From contig NOWV01000029.1 in the NCBI GenBank assembly GCA_003344405.1, positions 310,001-374,000 of the forward strand: a stretch of DNA of 64,000 bases, written 5' to 3'. The position numbers and the translations under genes are program-made. The notes under the pieces were generated by a model. That model saw nothing but the letters and a program-made list of their open reading frames with translations, did not search any database and was not told the DNA's origin. The DNA is from Trichoplax sp. H2. Its lineage: Eukaryota. Shown here piece by piece: positions 27,799 through 42,400 of the stretch. Position 1 is the stretch's first letter. Each line of letters begins with the position of its first letter.

Positions 27799-30339
27799 AG
27801 TCGTAATCTAGACCGATCATAATGGATGGTTAGAAATAGCTGTTATTATCTAATTTAGAAATGGTTTATTTCCAGCTTGGATTTTATTTGCCTATTATTC
27901 TTTCTATCTTATTATGGACTTGTCCAACTTAAAAATGGACAATACTAAATCATTGACTATCATAAATTAACAGTACTATATCAATTTAGAATAAATTCAC
28001 GGAGAAATAATCTTTAAGCTGTAATCCATCATTGATATGCTATTACACAAGTTAAAAGCAGGATTAAAGTTGATCAACTTTATGGAAAATATTTAAAAAC
28101 GTGTTCATCAAACAAGGCTATAGCTGTCAGTCTCTTTGCCGATAGTATGGATAAAATTATAAATAGAAAGGAGATCCATCATATTAAATCTATTCCTCGT
28201 TGCTTTTCTACATCAATCTTTACAAGATATAAAATAATGTTTTATCAATTTTTTTATAAAAATTTAAACTTAGAGATAGGGAAATAGCGAGTAAGTTGTC
28301 AAAGAAGAGAGTATACCTTAGAATTGTCTTGGTAGCTTCCAAATAAAAATTTCTACTCGTAATAATTTTTCTTTTCTTCTTAGTTAATATCAAGCCAAGA
28401 ATAAGTCCAACGACTTTGAAATCATCTAAGATTTTTCATCAGCTAAATTAAAAGAAAATCCAATCTACGTATAAATGGCCGCAAAAAGGAATTCGATTGA
28501 CCAATACACTGTATTCACCAATCTCTAATTTTTTTTCTTCCCCTCAAGATCGTCTACGTCTATGAAATGACAACTGGAATTTTCTTTTAATTTCTTATTA
28601 TAATAGTCCATATCCAATATGAAATATCGCAAATCATTTATTGTTCTCAGATAGAAAAGATTGCATAGTTTAAAATGGATGAATACTCAAGATAATGCCT
28701 TACAATCATAGCAATTCATTCTCATTAATTAAAAATTTTTTTTTGTCTTTCGAGTATTATTTTTAGCCATCTTGGCCCTGTTGAAAACAATACTATACGA
28801 GGCAATCATTGAAAGAAATGATACAATCGCATTGGAAGGAATCGTATTTATTGATTTTGATGATGAATTAAACAATAGTAAAATACAAATACTTCAATAA
28901 GAGTAAATTAAACTCATCAATCAATAAATGGACAGAAGCAAGTTTCTTCATGAGTGTAGAATATAGCTTGAGTAGCGATGCAATAGTATCGAAAAAGTAT
29001 TATTCATTTTTTACTACAGTCACTCGATCTTTATAAATATTCATAGAGATTGAATCCAACTTGATTATTTTCATGTGTGAAACAGCTGGATTGATAGAGT
29101 AAAGGAATTTTTTTTTCCATATTTTTCCTCTCCGCCCTCTTCCGTGGGCAGCATGCGAAGATTTATAGCTTTACAGAAATCGAAAGAAGCCCCAAAATGG
29201 ATCTAAATTCATTTCTATACCACTTAAAAGATTAACGAAGTAAAATTCCAACTTTTAATCCCTCATCTTATAATGAAAATCAAATAATATATAAAGCAGA
29301 GGATAAAAAAATAAGTTATGTATCAACAGCAGGAGATTAATTAGCTCTTTTACTACAAAAGAATGTGTTCCGATAATACCGTAACTTATCCGTTTAAAGC
29401 AATCATCATCATAACCAATCAAGTTATTATGATATATGATCGCTCTATAGAGTGGTCAATGCTTCATTTTTTTATCTTGTTCTACAAGTTAAATTAGCTC
29501 TAGGAAATAATATCTTCCAAAAAGATCGATCGGGTAGGCTTGATATCGTAAGTCTACGAGTAGTTTATTGCGTAATAAGTAATAGATTGAAGATAAATTA
29601 TCTTCCTTTCGTAATCATGACCTCTACAGCAGCAATGTAGTATCCTTAGTGAATAAATATTAATTCAAGGTGTCAAAGCCACTGTCTTCATAAAACAATA
29701 CTTGGAAATATTAGAATTATTCACAAGGTCAACATAGTTATTTCAAAATTAACCAGATGTTGACTATTTAGAAAATTATTGTTCCGTCTACCCTATTCAT
29801 TGTGCTCTACCATGGAGTCAAGTTGACATGGATAAGATTGATCTATCATCACTAAAACAATAATTTTAAATCACATTACTCGATGTAAAGCTGTAATATA
29901 GTATTTATGACGGCTAAAATAGGATTAATAATGAAAGAATAGTGGCAAAGGATTGCAATTGACATAACTCTTTTTCGCATATACTATAATGACAATGACG
30001 ATACTACGTGTACACTATATACCCTTACTCCATGTACGAAGTTAAAATTTACTACACGAATAGAATACACCGATCTTGATATTTTAAAGATTACTAACAA
30101 ATAAATAATATCGACGATGAATAGTAAAGATTTTACTTTATATCATGTCGATAGCTTGAGAGTAATCATAATAGTAACTGGAAGAGTATCATCCTTAAGA
30201 CAATCCTATTTCCGTACGTCACTATTACAGTATCGTGGTAGAGAAACATGACATTACTCCATCCCTGTAGCGATTTAGTTCATATTATATAACAGCTATG
30301 ACAGGCAGAATGCGATAAATACTTTTAAGATAGTAATCC

Positions 30340-31400
30340 TAATAAATAGCAGCAAGAGTGTGTGTACTTGATACAGCTTAACCCATTTACTGTTTAGCTC
30401 ACATACTGTAATCTAATAGGAGTGATGAGTACATGGGGTGATAGTTATAGTAAATAGTAACCAGAGTGATATTTGATATAACCTACTCCGCTTACTGTTT
30501 AATTTTTGCTCATATAGTCTAACAGGAATGGTATGTAAACTATATTTAATAATACTTATAGTAAGTAATAACCAGAATGATATATATTTGATACAGATTA
30601 TTCCGTTGACTCTTTAATTTTAGCTCATATAATCTAAATGGAATGGCAAATAGAATATATCGGTATTTATTAATAGTCATAGTAAATAGTAACCAAAGTG
30701 ATATTTGATACAATTTAATCCATTTAATATAGCGTTTTAAAATTCATGAAATCTAGCATGAAGGATAGAATATATTTAATAATAGTCTAGTTAATAGAAA
30801 TCAGAGTGAGGTTTGATACAACTTAATCCGTTTACGATGTAATTTAAGCTCATACAATTTAGCAGGAATAATAATAAGTAAAATATATAATAAATACGTA
30901 GTAACTATAGTAATTATAGTTACCAGAATCTGCCAGAATGATACTTGATACAACTTACTCCGTTTACTATTTCATTCTAATTCATATGATTTAGCAGGAA
31001 TAGTAAGTAGAAATTTGCCAGTATTTAATAATAGTTACTGCAGATAGTAAGCAGAATATGGTTGATACAATTTACTTCATTTACTGTTTCATTTTAGCTC
31101 TTATAATTGAGCAGAAAGAATAAGTGGAATGAACCAGTATTTAATGATAGTTATGGTAAATAGTAACCATATCAATGTTTGACATAAGAAATTCCCTTTA
31201 TCCTATCCTTGTGATTCATCTAATCTAATGGAATGATAGCTAGCTAGAACGCGTTCATTAATTGTTGCAATAAATAGTAGCAAGAGTAAAGTAACATAAC
31301 TTATCCCATTTACTGCAGTGTTTTAGCCTACATTATTATGGCACATCGTGGTAAGTAGAATATGATCAATAATTAATTATATAGTAATAATCGTAGTAAG
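30340..31400. repeat. Degenerate tandem array, ~106-133 bp unit, ~9 copies, between the two SLC7 genes
   Basis: The consensus ATAGTAAATAGTAACCAGAGTGATATTTGATACAACTTAATCCGTTTACTGTTT.ATTTTAGCTCATA.AAT.TAGCAGGAAT recurs, with TTGATA anchors near 30368, 30474, 30588, 30705, 30813, 30946, 31062 and 31179. Confidence 0.85.
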
Positions 31401-33150
31401 TAAAAAGAATAGTGGCAATGGATGCAAATCTTTTCCTGATATCGTAATCGAAATCGCGCTGCTAACTTACTTTAAGGTTTAATGTATCAACGACGATATT
31501 ACTGCGGGTGCGTTTTTTACAAAAATTGCAATGGATTTGATTCCTGTCCTTGTTGACGACATAATGAAATTATCGAATATAATAAACCGATCTGATGATC
31601 GATGCCGTATGTAAAGAACTGCATCGTTTCACACTAACGATAAAAGTTTATTACAGCTACCTCAATTTATAAATTGATCGTTTCATCTTGCGGCATTAAG
31701 TAAAACTACGCATACACGAATAGATTGCTACAATCCAGTCTTGAATTACCCACCAATATCAATGAAACTTTCCTACAGAATTGGTTTAAGGTTGGTTAGC
31801 TTAGCCTATTTATTGTATAGTATAACACTTTCCTACTTTTCAGCAATATTTACCTAGCGTGCAAATCTAGCATTGTACTTACGTATAATACAGTATGCGC
31901 GCATTTATTAAATGTTCAACCTTACAAAATACGAATTTAGCAAGCAAGAGCATTGCCAACACCTCTAGCTCAAATCTATTAATTATTGTCAAATTGTACA
32001 GTACTATACAACATAGTAATAATCCGATGACCCTTCTGTAACCAATTTTCTTCTACTCTATTCGTAAATTTTGGACCATAGACTGTCCATTTAATTATAA
32101 CTGGTCTTATTGTAACAGGCAGAACAATGTCTATCTCGTCACATGTTTATGAGCTAAAAAAGCTAATTTTACCAAACCGATGATATTATATTGATAATAA
32201 TTACTTTTACGTTAAATTGCTTGAAAATTGGTTAAATTACCCAATATAAATAATGTCATCCAAATCACCAAAAATCCAAATCTTACTTTACCAAACTTGA
32301 TCTCACAAACCATTCATCGAGATAAAAACAATCGACAATGATGTTACGCTAAATAGCAACAGTAGTAAATACTATTTTCACAATCATTTTATATTAGAGA
32401 TATATTAATATTGCAAGAATCAGTAAGGTTAAGAGAGGTTATACATGGTCGCCTACGATCTACAGCTTTCCGAGCACATAAATAAAGATAATCTTAATCA
32501 GAAAGAATACGACACATTCGAAATTTAAATTAAGACGCAATCATCTCTTCATATGCTCATCAAACTTTATAGTATCGTTGGAAAATAACATGTTTTCTAA
32601 ACTCTTATCTATAGTACTTCTTGGACATTTTACTAGCTCGATGATGAGGTCTTGCTTATAATTCGACGAAGCATTAACAAAACATCCGCTCAAACAGATA
32701 CCTTAATATTAACAAATACAATTAACATATTGGGTAACATTACCGGCAAGAATATGCGTTAGGAATATTAGTATACATATCGATATTAATGTAACGATTA
32801 ATGACTATTAAAGTTTGAAATTAGATTACTAACAGCTACCGAGGTCAACCATGCATTCAAGTGATTTATAATATACCATAATATGAATTATTAGGTGATT
32901 AAAGTTAATTAGATAATAGAGTGATTACTTGGAATGCTTAGCTATTGTAATTACTATTATCAGAGCACAGTCTTTGCCAAAAAAAAAAAACATTCCATTA
33001 AAAATACTACGGCAATCAAGAATAAAATAACGATTGCTGCAAATTCTCCTTTTCAAAAACTTCAAAAGGCACAAAGTATCGTCCCAGTTATATACAATAA
33101 ATGCTTTCAGATGTCGTAATTGATATAAACATCACTTTAAATAGATCACA

Positions 33151-36100
33151 TTAAAATGCCTCTTCGGTGTTGGTGTGATCCATAACTTCTACACTGGTTT
33201 CAGTTTCACCAAGGAGGCATAATCGTTGGAAGTACAACGTTGCACTTTCTACATTATTACAGAAAGTACTACTTTAGTACAATCATAATCATTTATACTA
33301 TTTAATAATTACTTTTATTATAACAAAAAATTCATTATAGAATACACGTACCAGTAGCATCTATTATAAACTGAGGTGCATAGTATCCTTTGATAAAAAC
33401 GAAGTACAACGGGATTCCAACAGCAATAAATGCAGCAGCAATTAACGAGTCAGTTGGAGCTTGAACGATAGGAGCAATAACCAAGTAAGCAGAGATTAGA
33501 ACCATCAAGATTGGGATAATAATCCAAACCTAAAAAATTATATACAATATTTAATGGATATGATGAATTCATTTTAAAATTCTAGAAGTTGTTACAAAAT
33601 GCGCACTTTGAAGGGTCGATGAAGGTCTGGTTGTTTCCATCTTAGTAATAATAAAGTTATGAAAGTTGCTCCATAAAATAGCCATGCAGCAAAACTGAAA
33701 TAATTGATTAGGGTTTCAAAGTCGCTTGGAATCAGGAACAAGATCGCAACGAAACACTAAATGGGAAATAAAAATTGACGTTGAATTGACAAAAATAAAA
33801 AAAAGAATCCTTTTGAAAAATAAAGGCTGTAATAAAATGAACGATTTGTGTCGAGCATTTACCTGGAAGATCATTGCAGGCATAGGAGTAAGTCTAGTTC
33901 TATGAATCATAGACATCAATCTTGGTAAATGACCCTCTCTAGCAGCCACAAAGTTCAGTCTATTACGAAAAATTGATACAAAAATGAATATTAGTACTAA
34001 AATACACTTGCACCCCCAACGTTAGTAAAAATATATATAAACCCTTTCTTTTACCTGCAACCACCGAAAGCACTACCGTTACAGGCACCAAAGGTAGAAA
34101 ATGCGACAAACATGGGAACCAACCATGGTACATTTCCAATAACACGGGCAGCAACAGTCTAAAGAAAGATGTATCTATTATTAATATTCTACGTCATATT
34201 TATAGCAGCTACTATAATTCTTATTAAGAAATTCATACCGAGGCAACGGCTGCAGAATCTAAAATATCTTGTCTTGTAAGAACGGTGAAGTAACAAATAT
34301 TAACTAGGATATAAATAACGGTAACCAATGGTATGCCGATTAAAATAGCTCTAGGCAAGTTCCTAAAGGAAAATAATCATTTTTTAATATCATAATATTA
34401 TAACAAAGACACTAAAAGAAAGGGACTACTGCATACTTTTCTGGCTTCTTAACTTCTTCGGTAGCGAAATTCAGGTTATTCCTATAAAGATAGAATAAAA
34501 TATTTAATTTCAAGAACGGTTTATAATTATGATACGATGAGTAGATTCTTACCATCCATCATATGCCCATAAACCTTGATAAAAAGCTAGTGCAACCACA
34601 CCAACGTTAGTTTCAGAGCCTTCCCAACTGTTGGCATAGTTTTTAGTATTTCCTTCAAAAAAAGGCACTTCTATCAACAACATTCAACGTATCGCAATAA
34701 AGCTACTAGAGGTTACAGTACGATATCTATAAAGATTTGTTGTAAATAATAGAGGTCCATAGTGTATTTGTTTATCGTTCATTTACGGTATCGGATTACA
34801 TAACAATTTAACAAGTGGATTGCTACTTACTATTGGCATACAAGATGCAAATAACATCAATTTAATTTAATAAGAAGCTTACCTCGTGCAAGTTCAGCAA
34901 TACCAATGATAACTAATCCGAATACTGCAATAAGTTTAGCAGCCGTAAAGATATCCTGCAATTTAGTAGCCCATCTAACACTGTAACAGTTAACGCCTAG
35001 GATAATTGCTAAATTTCCGAATAGAAAAATAAGGAAAATAGAGATTAATAATTTTCAAATAACAGTCTGTAAAAGACTTCTTATCAGAATTCATTTAAAT
35101 ATCAATGACGGAAGCAATTGTAAAAGTCAGTAATTAATTCATTTCCTGTCTACACACATGTAAAAGCGATAAAACTATGGTGAAAAGGCAACGCATACAT
35201 ATTTCTGTGCCAAGATAGAGATCGGTCTCTGTTGAGACCAGACCATCAAGACAAGACCTCTCACTGTCGATAGAATATATGATGGTGAATTTAAATTTTG
35301 CCAATGTAGGATTTTTTTATTACTTTTTATACAAAGTAATTTCATTTATTAATAACTTGATCAATTGAATAAGAGCAAGCATTTGTTTTTGTTTCCATTC
35401 TATTATGCATGTCTTTCTATATTGCCGACATCTCATCTTGCATTATTAACTACCGATAGCAATATATGACAGATGTGAAAGTTGAGTGGAAATTATTTCT
35501 AATCAAACTACACGTAGTCTACATCGAATTTTTTTATTGATGGCGACGATATTAATCCTACCATTATATAAAGTCAGCTAACACATCACTTAATATGAAT
35601 AGTCGTATCCGCTTATGGTCGTTGCCATGAGCGCGTGTTTCAACACTACATCCAATCTGTGATTCCGTTCACTTGTGAAATACTAGTGAATGATTTGAAT
35701 GTCTTAACTGCCTTCCAAGTGTTGTTTAAGTGAAAGATAAATAGTCATTTTGTATTCACAGTGAATGTCTTCAAAGCTACACAAGAGTATCCGTAGTTGA
35801 TCGGAAAACTGTCATGGAAGCAAATAGAAGAACAGTAAAAGTTTTTCATGATCCATTCTATCCAAACCCACGGTAAAAATGGATCACGTAGCGTCACTTT
35901 TTTTTTCAACTCTACCTGTAGCCTAGTGATCTACTGTAGAAGTATTTTCTGGTCACTATTTGTACTTTCAACAATCTGTAACTGACTGTGATTCTTCGAA
36001 GTGCGCTAATAACCCAAAAGTTCAGTTGCAAGAATCAAAACGAGATTGCTATCCATGTAATTTGCAACATATTTAGTGATCATCTACATTGTATCAACAT

Positions 36101-38798
36101 GGCCATTTCCTTCAAGTGTCTAAGTGCTTCCTTATCAGCACTCTTCCAATCACATGGTTCAATACCATGTCCAAAACCATTGCAATGTCCTAGTGTTATT
36201 GTATGTCAAGTAGGCAGGCGTCAAGCTTCGTGTATGGATGACTGCTAGAGCCATTTTTTTCCACCACCCTACCCTGCCCTGCCTGATTGTTCATAAAAAA
36301 TTCATTGCCTATCTCTATTTCTTTCCACTCGTTTCCCATTGAGTAAGCTATCGATCTTGCACTCGATTATCATTCAACATTTAACGATGAAACCATCTGA
36401 TATGGAAAACTACTGTCCACCTGGCTGGCTTGCCGTCAGTCTCAAGCAAGCCTATTTGGAGTTTGATTTTTTTGAAAAGAGGGATAAGATAACACCAAGA
36501 CTCCTTGATGACTGCTATCTAGACTACCAGTTATCAGGAGAAAATGGATGCGAAAAGGAAGAGATAATCATGACTGTTTATTTGTCAACGCCATAACGAC
36601 AGGCGGTTACTGTAGCCACTTATGATCATTGAAAACATGAGGCAACGCCGTACAATGCGGTACCATACTAGGGATATGCGTCCATACACCACTATTCAAA
36701 CTAGTTCGTTTTATCAAGATGAATGGAATGCATGATGCAATACTGGTCTGTCCTCGACGGCGTCCATCCGTATATGCTTTGTACATGTACGCCGATATAG
36801 TATAACAGTGTTGTTTTCTGCCTATCATCATGACTGCATGCAATACACTCGACCAACTACTAAAATCATTCTCCCATTAGATCTTCCTTTTTCCAATCCA
36901 TATTAATATTGCTTACTACCATGACCAAATAGAGCCATTGACAGAAGAAATATGCGATGTTGTAGCTGGAGAAATGTTATTGTTTAACTAATAGCAGCAT
37001 AGTAGAGTACCATTAGTTTACTCATAAAACTACCGTGGTATAAACAATGTATTCATTAATTAAGGTTTCAAAAAAAAAAATGCATGCCAACTATCAATAT
37101 CCTAGTACAGGGAAGCATAACTACAATAGTGAAAAAGGTCAACTCCACTGTTCATGTTGAAATTGGATATTCTTTACTTTTCCAGCTTGCCTTAAAGCAT
37201 TTCCCAAAACAAAATCCCGCCTAGGGCGTAATTGGCATCGGTCATTAAAATTACAACAAGATCCAATTGGATCTATGACGATTGCAATCTTCTCACCATC
37301 TCTTCTGAATTCGACAGTAAAATGCATCGATGCTTAACAATAAATCACATAGGCTACACGTTAACAAGGCACTTTTCTTTCTCAGTAACCTTTCAACTAA
37401 ACACTACAAATAAAAAGCAATTTCATCCATCTACAGAAGCGTATGACGAAATGGACTCATTTCAATCGTGTTATTTTCCCTCTTCAACAGCGACCGTAAA
37501 GTACAATTATTAATTAAATATAACCACAGATGAGCAAAATTGGAATTCAATCAACACCCAAATGCTTTTATAATCATCATTTTACGACGTTGCGGCCATA
37601 CACGATTGTTTCAACCTCGACAGTATCCATCCACAACATTTCATACGCACTATAGTAAGGTGTAGTAAACTACATCTCGAATGCGTGTTGATACTCTCAT
37701 CCGATAGTATCATAATATAAACAAAAAATGCACCAACGCCGCTCCATACAGTACTGCTAGTCAGCCAATCGATTCTATGTGTAAATACGCTACGATATAT
37801 TCATGATCAACATAGGAACCCATGCCGAATGGATGCTTTCCTCATCAATTTAGTATGCTACAATAACAGCTTACACGTAGGATTAACTTGATACCTCGAA
37901 CAGATATTGAACTATTGTAGTTTTCAACGTCCTTACAGCAAAATACTGTCTACTGCATAAGCATACCTTACGGCACATTGAGGCGTGCTCGCGCACTGGA
38001 TTTAAGGCAAGTCTATCGTATTTAGTCAAGTTTCATCTAGGTCATGGAATTATTTTTCCATGACCATGGTGAAAGGTAGTATCATCAATCGGCATCGCGT
38101 GTGAAAATATTTTTCGATGTACAAGTTACAAATAATCCTGTTTTGTAGACAGTCGTAATTACAGTATCAAAATTGGGATTGGTTAGTCTATTGCCTTTGT
38201 TGTATTGAAGCCATTAATAGTAAATCTTTATTTTAATGGAAGGGGGGTATGAGTAGAAATAAAAGAAGAATAAGTGGACTGCAACTTCATGTTGCCTTAA
38301 CTTACCGATACAAAAGACAGCTAACAATTTCATAATTGGTGCAGGAGGCGTGCAGCCAGGGAAGAAAGGTTGAGTAGCGTATTCAGCGAAGGCTACAGCG
38401 ATAGCCGCTACTGACGATGGCTTGAGGATGATGACGGACGTCCAAGCGAAAAGAAATGCAGGTAATTCGCCCATCCCTTTAAGGATATAAGCGTATTCTG
38501 CTCCTGACATGCGGATAGAAGTACCTAATTCGACATAGGAAATAGATCCACCGAGAGCGATGAGACCGCAACCAGCCCATACAAGCAGAGTTAAGCCAAT
38601 GGATCCAGAACCGAGTAGAACACCTTTCGGTGAAATGAAGATTCCTGATCCGATCATAGTACCAATGATAAGCGTGATACCACTGATCAGACCGACTTCT
38701 CTTTTGAGCTTTAGTCCTCCTCCTTCTCCATCTTTCTTCTCTTTGGTGGGTTCACGAATTTCTACCCCAGGTCCAATTTCTTTAAATTCTTCTGCCAT
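33151..38798 (-). CDS. SLC7 heteromeric amino acid transporter light chain, b(0,+)AT/SLC7A9-like, copy B, 10 coding exons
   Basis: Exon 1 is 38798-38306, followed by a 3.3 kb intron and exon 2 from 35008. Intron positions and phases are the same as in copy A. Motifs [60 protein letters not shown]. Stop TAA at 33153-33151. Confidence 0.94.
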
Positions 38799-39294
38799 GG
38801 CTAATGGATGATGCTTTTTTTTTCTTCAAGGAGAAAACTTGATCAAACTATTTGACCCGTCAAAAAATAAAGTTGTCAATGATTGTTCTACTCTCTCTAC
38901 ACAGTAGAGTAAACACATTCAATTACGGCACACACCAATGACAATAAAACATGCGATGTATACTATAATAGTAGTGGGAATCATTGCCAACGTGTGATAG
39001 CATGACTAGGCAAAACTAGATGATGATTTAAGGCCAACGTTGAAATTCGATTTGCTATCCTACTCTTCTACTCGTTGACAACATTCAAGATGAAAATGAT
39101 CAACTTAGTTATCTACTTTCTTACCTGCAAGGAAGACGAAAAACAGCGATGATATGGCCGCACTTATCGCCACAACACACGCTACAGCAGTAATTTGGGA
39201 AATAAACTTTTAACTAGGCGGGAAATGATTACATGTATGGAGAATCGATCGAGTAACCGGTATTACCGGAATGTCAAAGTATTGTTAGTATGTA

Positions 39295-39400
39295 TGATGA
39301 TTGGCATCATGCATTCGCTCCACCAATCATCGCTGACGTGATATTGGGATGACTATAGTGGTCCCTCCCATTTTGCAACCTTTGTTGATGGATTGGCATG
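39295..39400 (-). promoter_or_regulatory. Candidate promoter of SLC7 copy B: CCAAT-box cluster around TGACGTGA
   Basis: ATTGG/CCAAT at ~39300, ~39323, ~39343 and ~39392; TGACGTGA at 39335-39342; a strong minus-strand donor CAG|GTAAGA at ~39125 suggests a non-coding first exon. Confidence 0.45.
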
Positions 39401-42400
39401 ACTATCAAAAAACGTGCCAAAGTGCTAACTACAGCCACTAATTAAATGGTCAATAATGGCTTGTGGAAGGATAAAAGTCGATCTTGGACGATAGTAGAAT
39501 GGCACTGATGAATGTGTATGGACATTGATTGCGTGTTACTATGCTGGTAGCGTAGTTGTACTGTTTTCAACAGCTGGACACTCGCATGCTGCTTGTTGCT
39601 AGCTCTAGCAACAAAAAGTAGCTTGGGATAATATTGACATTTTTCCATTTTGACTTGCTTCATACTTTAGACTGTAGTACCGTAATTGCGTTGGCACAAT
39701 CCATGGCGTGCTGTACAAACTCCAAATAACACTGGTGCATCGCCAATGCTAGCGTACGTAGGATGATCGGCAAAGCGGTGGTTGATATTTTGAAAACAAT
39801 AATAACAAAAAAAATAGATTATGGCCGGATACGTAAACGCAGCACCCACTAGTAGATGCTGTACAGAGTAATTCATGTTCAATTTTGAAAATAGACTCAC
39901 TGGAAAGCACATTTAGATATTGACAGTAAAAATAAAATTGATCATAAATCAATACAATCTCTGGCCAAGTCAAAGTATGAAAAGTTCATCTGCACAGCAT
40001 ATGGTAGTCTATTCATTGATCTATCCTCACAACGATCAAATTACGGATTACTGTACACACAATGTACATGTTGTACATATTTCGGCTAGAAGGTGTAGTA
40101 AAAGTAGAATACGACGGTCATGGACGAAAGATCGACCATAGCAGTCCTCTGCCCATTTATTTTTGATTGAATTCATTTAATTGATTATTATTTTTAAAAC
40201 CCATCAAAAAACAATCATTGCTGCTGCACCATTCCCTCTGAATATGGGTGGTAGAGAAAAAAAAACTAAAGCTACCAATCGATCTGGCCATTTCATTGAA
40301 CTCGTCCGATTTCATGTTGTTCTCTACTATCGCCTCCAATTGACATCCTACACGCACAGTACGGTACAGTACCATGCGTTGTCCACGCATTCATCGTCCA
40401 TTGATTCTGAAATCGTACTTTGATATCTGTATTGTTAGAGAACAAAACGATTACAGACTGCTATTGTCTTCAAGGAAACAATCAAATCTTTTGTTCCTCT
40501 TTTATATTCATTAAAAGGTAACGCCGTCTCTGTTGTAGGCTGTAGTATCGTAGAAATGCTCACCCTTGGCGTGTTGACTCATGACATTACAGTATTAATT
40601 AAGTGAATACTATTAACTACTACTGTATAGTCTACAGTACCGTGTACTGTACGTACTGTTATAGGTTAACTCATAGTTATAGTCATAGTGGAGTGATTGA
40701 GTTATGCAAAGACGCAATCCTGTTTTATTTTTTTTTTTAATATTGAATCTTGCAATGAATCTACTCTATCTTGACATCAATAGTAGTTGCAATCTTTTCA
40801 ATTGATTCTTTTTGCAGTTTCTAGTAACGAAGTAGAATCGCTGTAGAATCCAATGGAAATAATTGTGGATGATTGTTGCCGTCGGCTTTTAAGGCGTAAA
40901 TGCCTTTAGGTGCTTCTGCTATTGTGCTGCACTAATTACTTGTACTGACTTGGGATTACTTCACTTTTGTTATTTCATCGCTGTCAGGATAGTGCTTCTC
41001 TGTTTTATCAGTTGAACAACTGATGACAGTACGCAGTTAGAGTACAGTAACAGTCGAATTCTACCGCTAATGTTTTAATGACAGTTCATGAGGACAGCCA
41101 TATCAATCATTCGTTAAAAATTAGAAATTACCGTAGCAATAAACCCCTGACTACTGTATTCATTATGATGAAGAGTCATACTATAAAATACCAATACGGT
41201 ACCGCGGCTGTCCGTCTAAGACACGGAGTGCAGTGGAAAGCTGTCTCTATTAAGTTAAGTCAAGTACTTTTCTGTCAGCTGCGTCAAGAAGGCAGTTGTT
41301 ATTTTACTGAATCACTATCTACCATTCTAATTTAATTTCAATCGGTTATCCTTGACAAAAATTCCACTGCAATCCATAATCAGCGTACCAGTGGCATCCA
41401 CTTGTGGCACACAAGAACAGATCGTCACGGATCTGTACTGTACTGTACCAGGTTGTACCACAGTGGAATGCCATACTATAGTGCGCTCCAAACACACCGT
41501 TGCTCCAAGCCTATCGTATGAGATGAGAATTTTGTTTACATCTTAAGACTGGATACCAAGGGCCAGTCGGCTGAGCTCTCTTTCCAAGCTGCTTAGTAAA
41601 AGTCATCAAGAGCGTCATACGTCAAAAAAGTGAAGCCAAGCGTGAATGACGCTACTTCCGATCACGCTCTCCAGCATGCATCAAAATGGCCGGTACTCAA
41701 TCTATCTGATTGATTCATCTTCCGATAGATTCTTCCATGGGATGCTGCTCGATCCGTTTATAATCCATGGATGATTTATTATAGCAGTAAGCTTGTAAAG
41801 CGCTGGGTATTCTACTTTACCCTATTCAGTGAACCATCATAAACAAAGTTCATCTACAGAAGAATGTTGAGATTTACATGATACTCTCAAGAGGGGCATG
41901 ACAAAAAAGATGACCTCTGTTAGCCTAACGTTAGCAATGTCAATAAAGGGGTAAATGTTCCAATCAAACTATATACTAATGTACAAACTCTGCTGTACTA
42001 CATGCTGAGTCACTATTGAACGCTAAAATTGGCTATGTAAACATGCATATCACGAGATAAATGACTATCCAAATACAACCATTGATAAACCCTCGACAGC
42101 TATTGAATTCCATCACCACGCTAGCATACTGTAGATTGCACGGACTGTCGACCATATCCTATTCGCTGTAAATATGCTCCCATACGAGTATTAGCATTGC
42201 TTAAATATCGAAGAACAATAAACTGCATGTTTGCATCACTGACAGTAATACAGAATCGATCGTTGGTGATCAGAGCATGGCAAAGTGATTGTAAAAAAAG
42301 AATTACGATTGTAAAAAATATAATTACGTCATACCTTGGAAAGTGCAGCTTAATACGGTAATATCGAGCTCGAGAAGCCATCTTTACTAGCGTCTAGAGA

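Noticed and set aside
33601..33606. Unusual donor GTGCGC in SLC7 copy B intron 8
   Set aside because: Still GT-AG, at the same position and phase as copy A (RPFK|V); a weak but ordinary donor.
27539..38811. Similar plus-strand ORFs 27539-27733 and 38560-38811
   Set aside because: Antisense shadows of the conserved SLC7 exon 1 in both paralogs.
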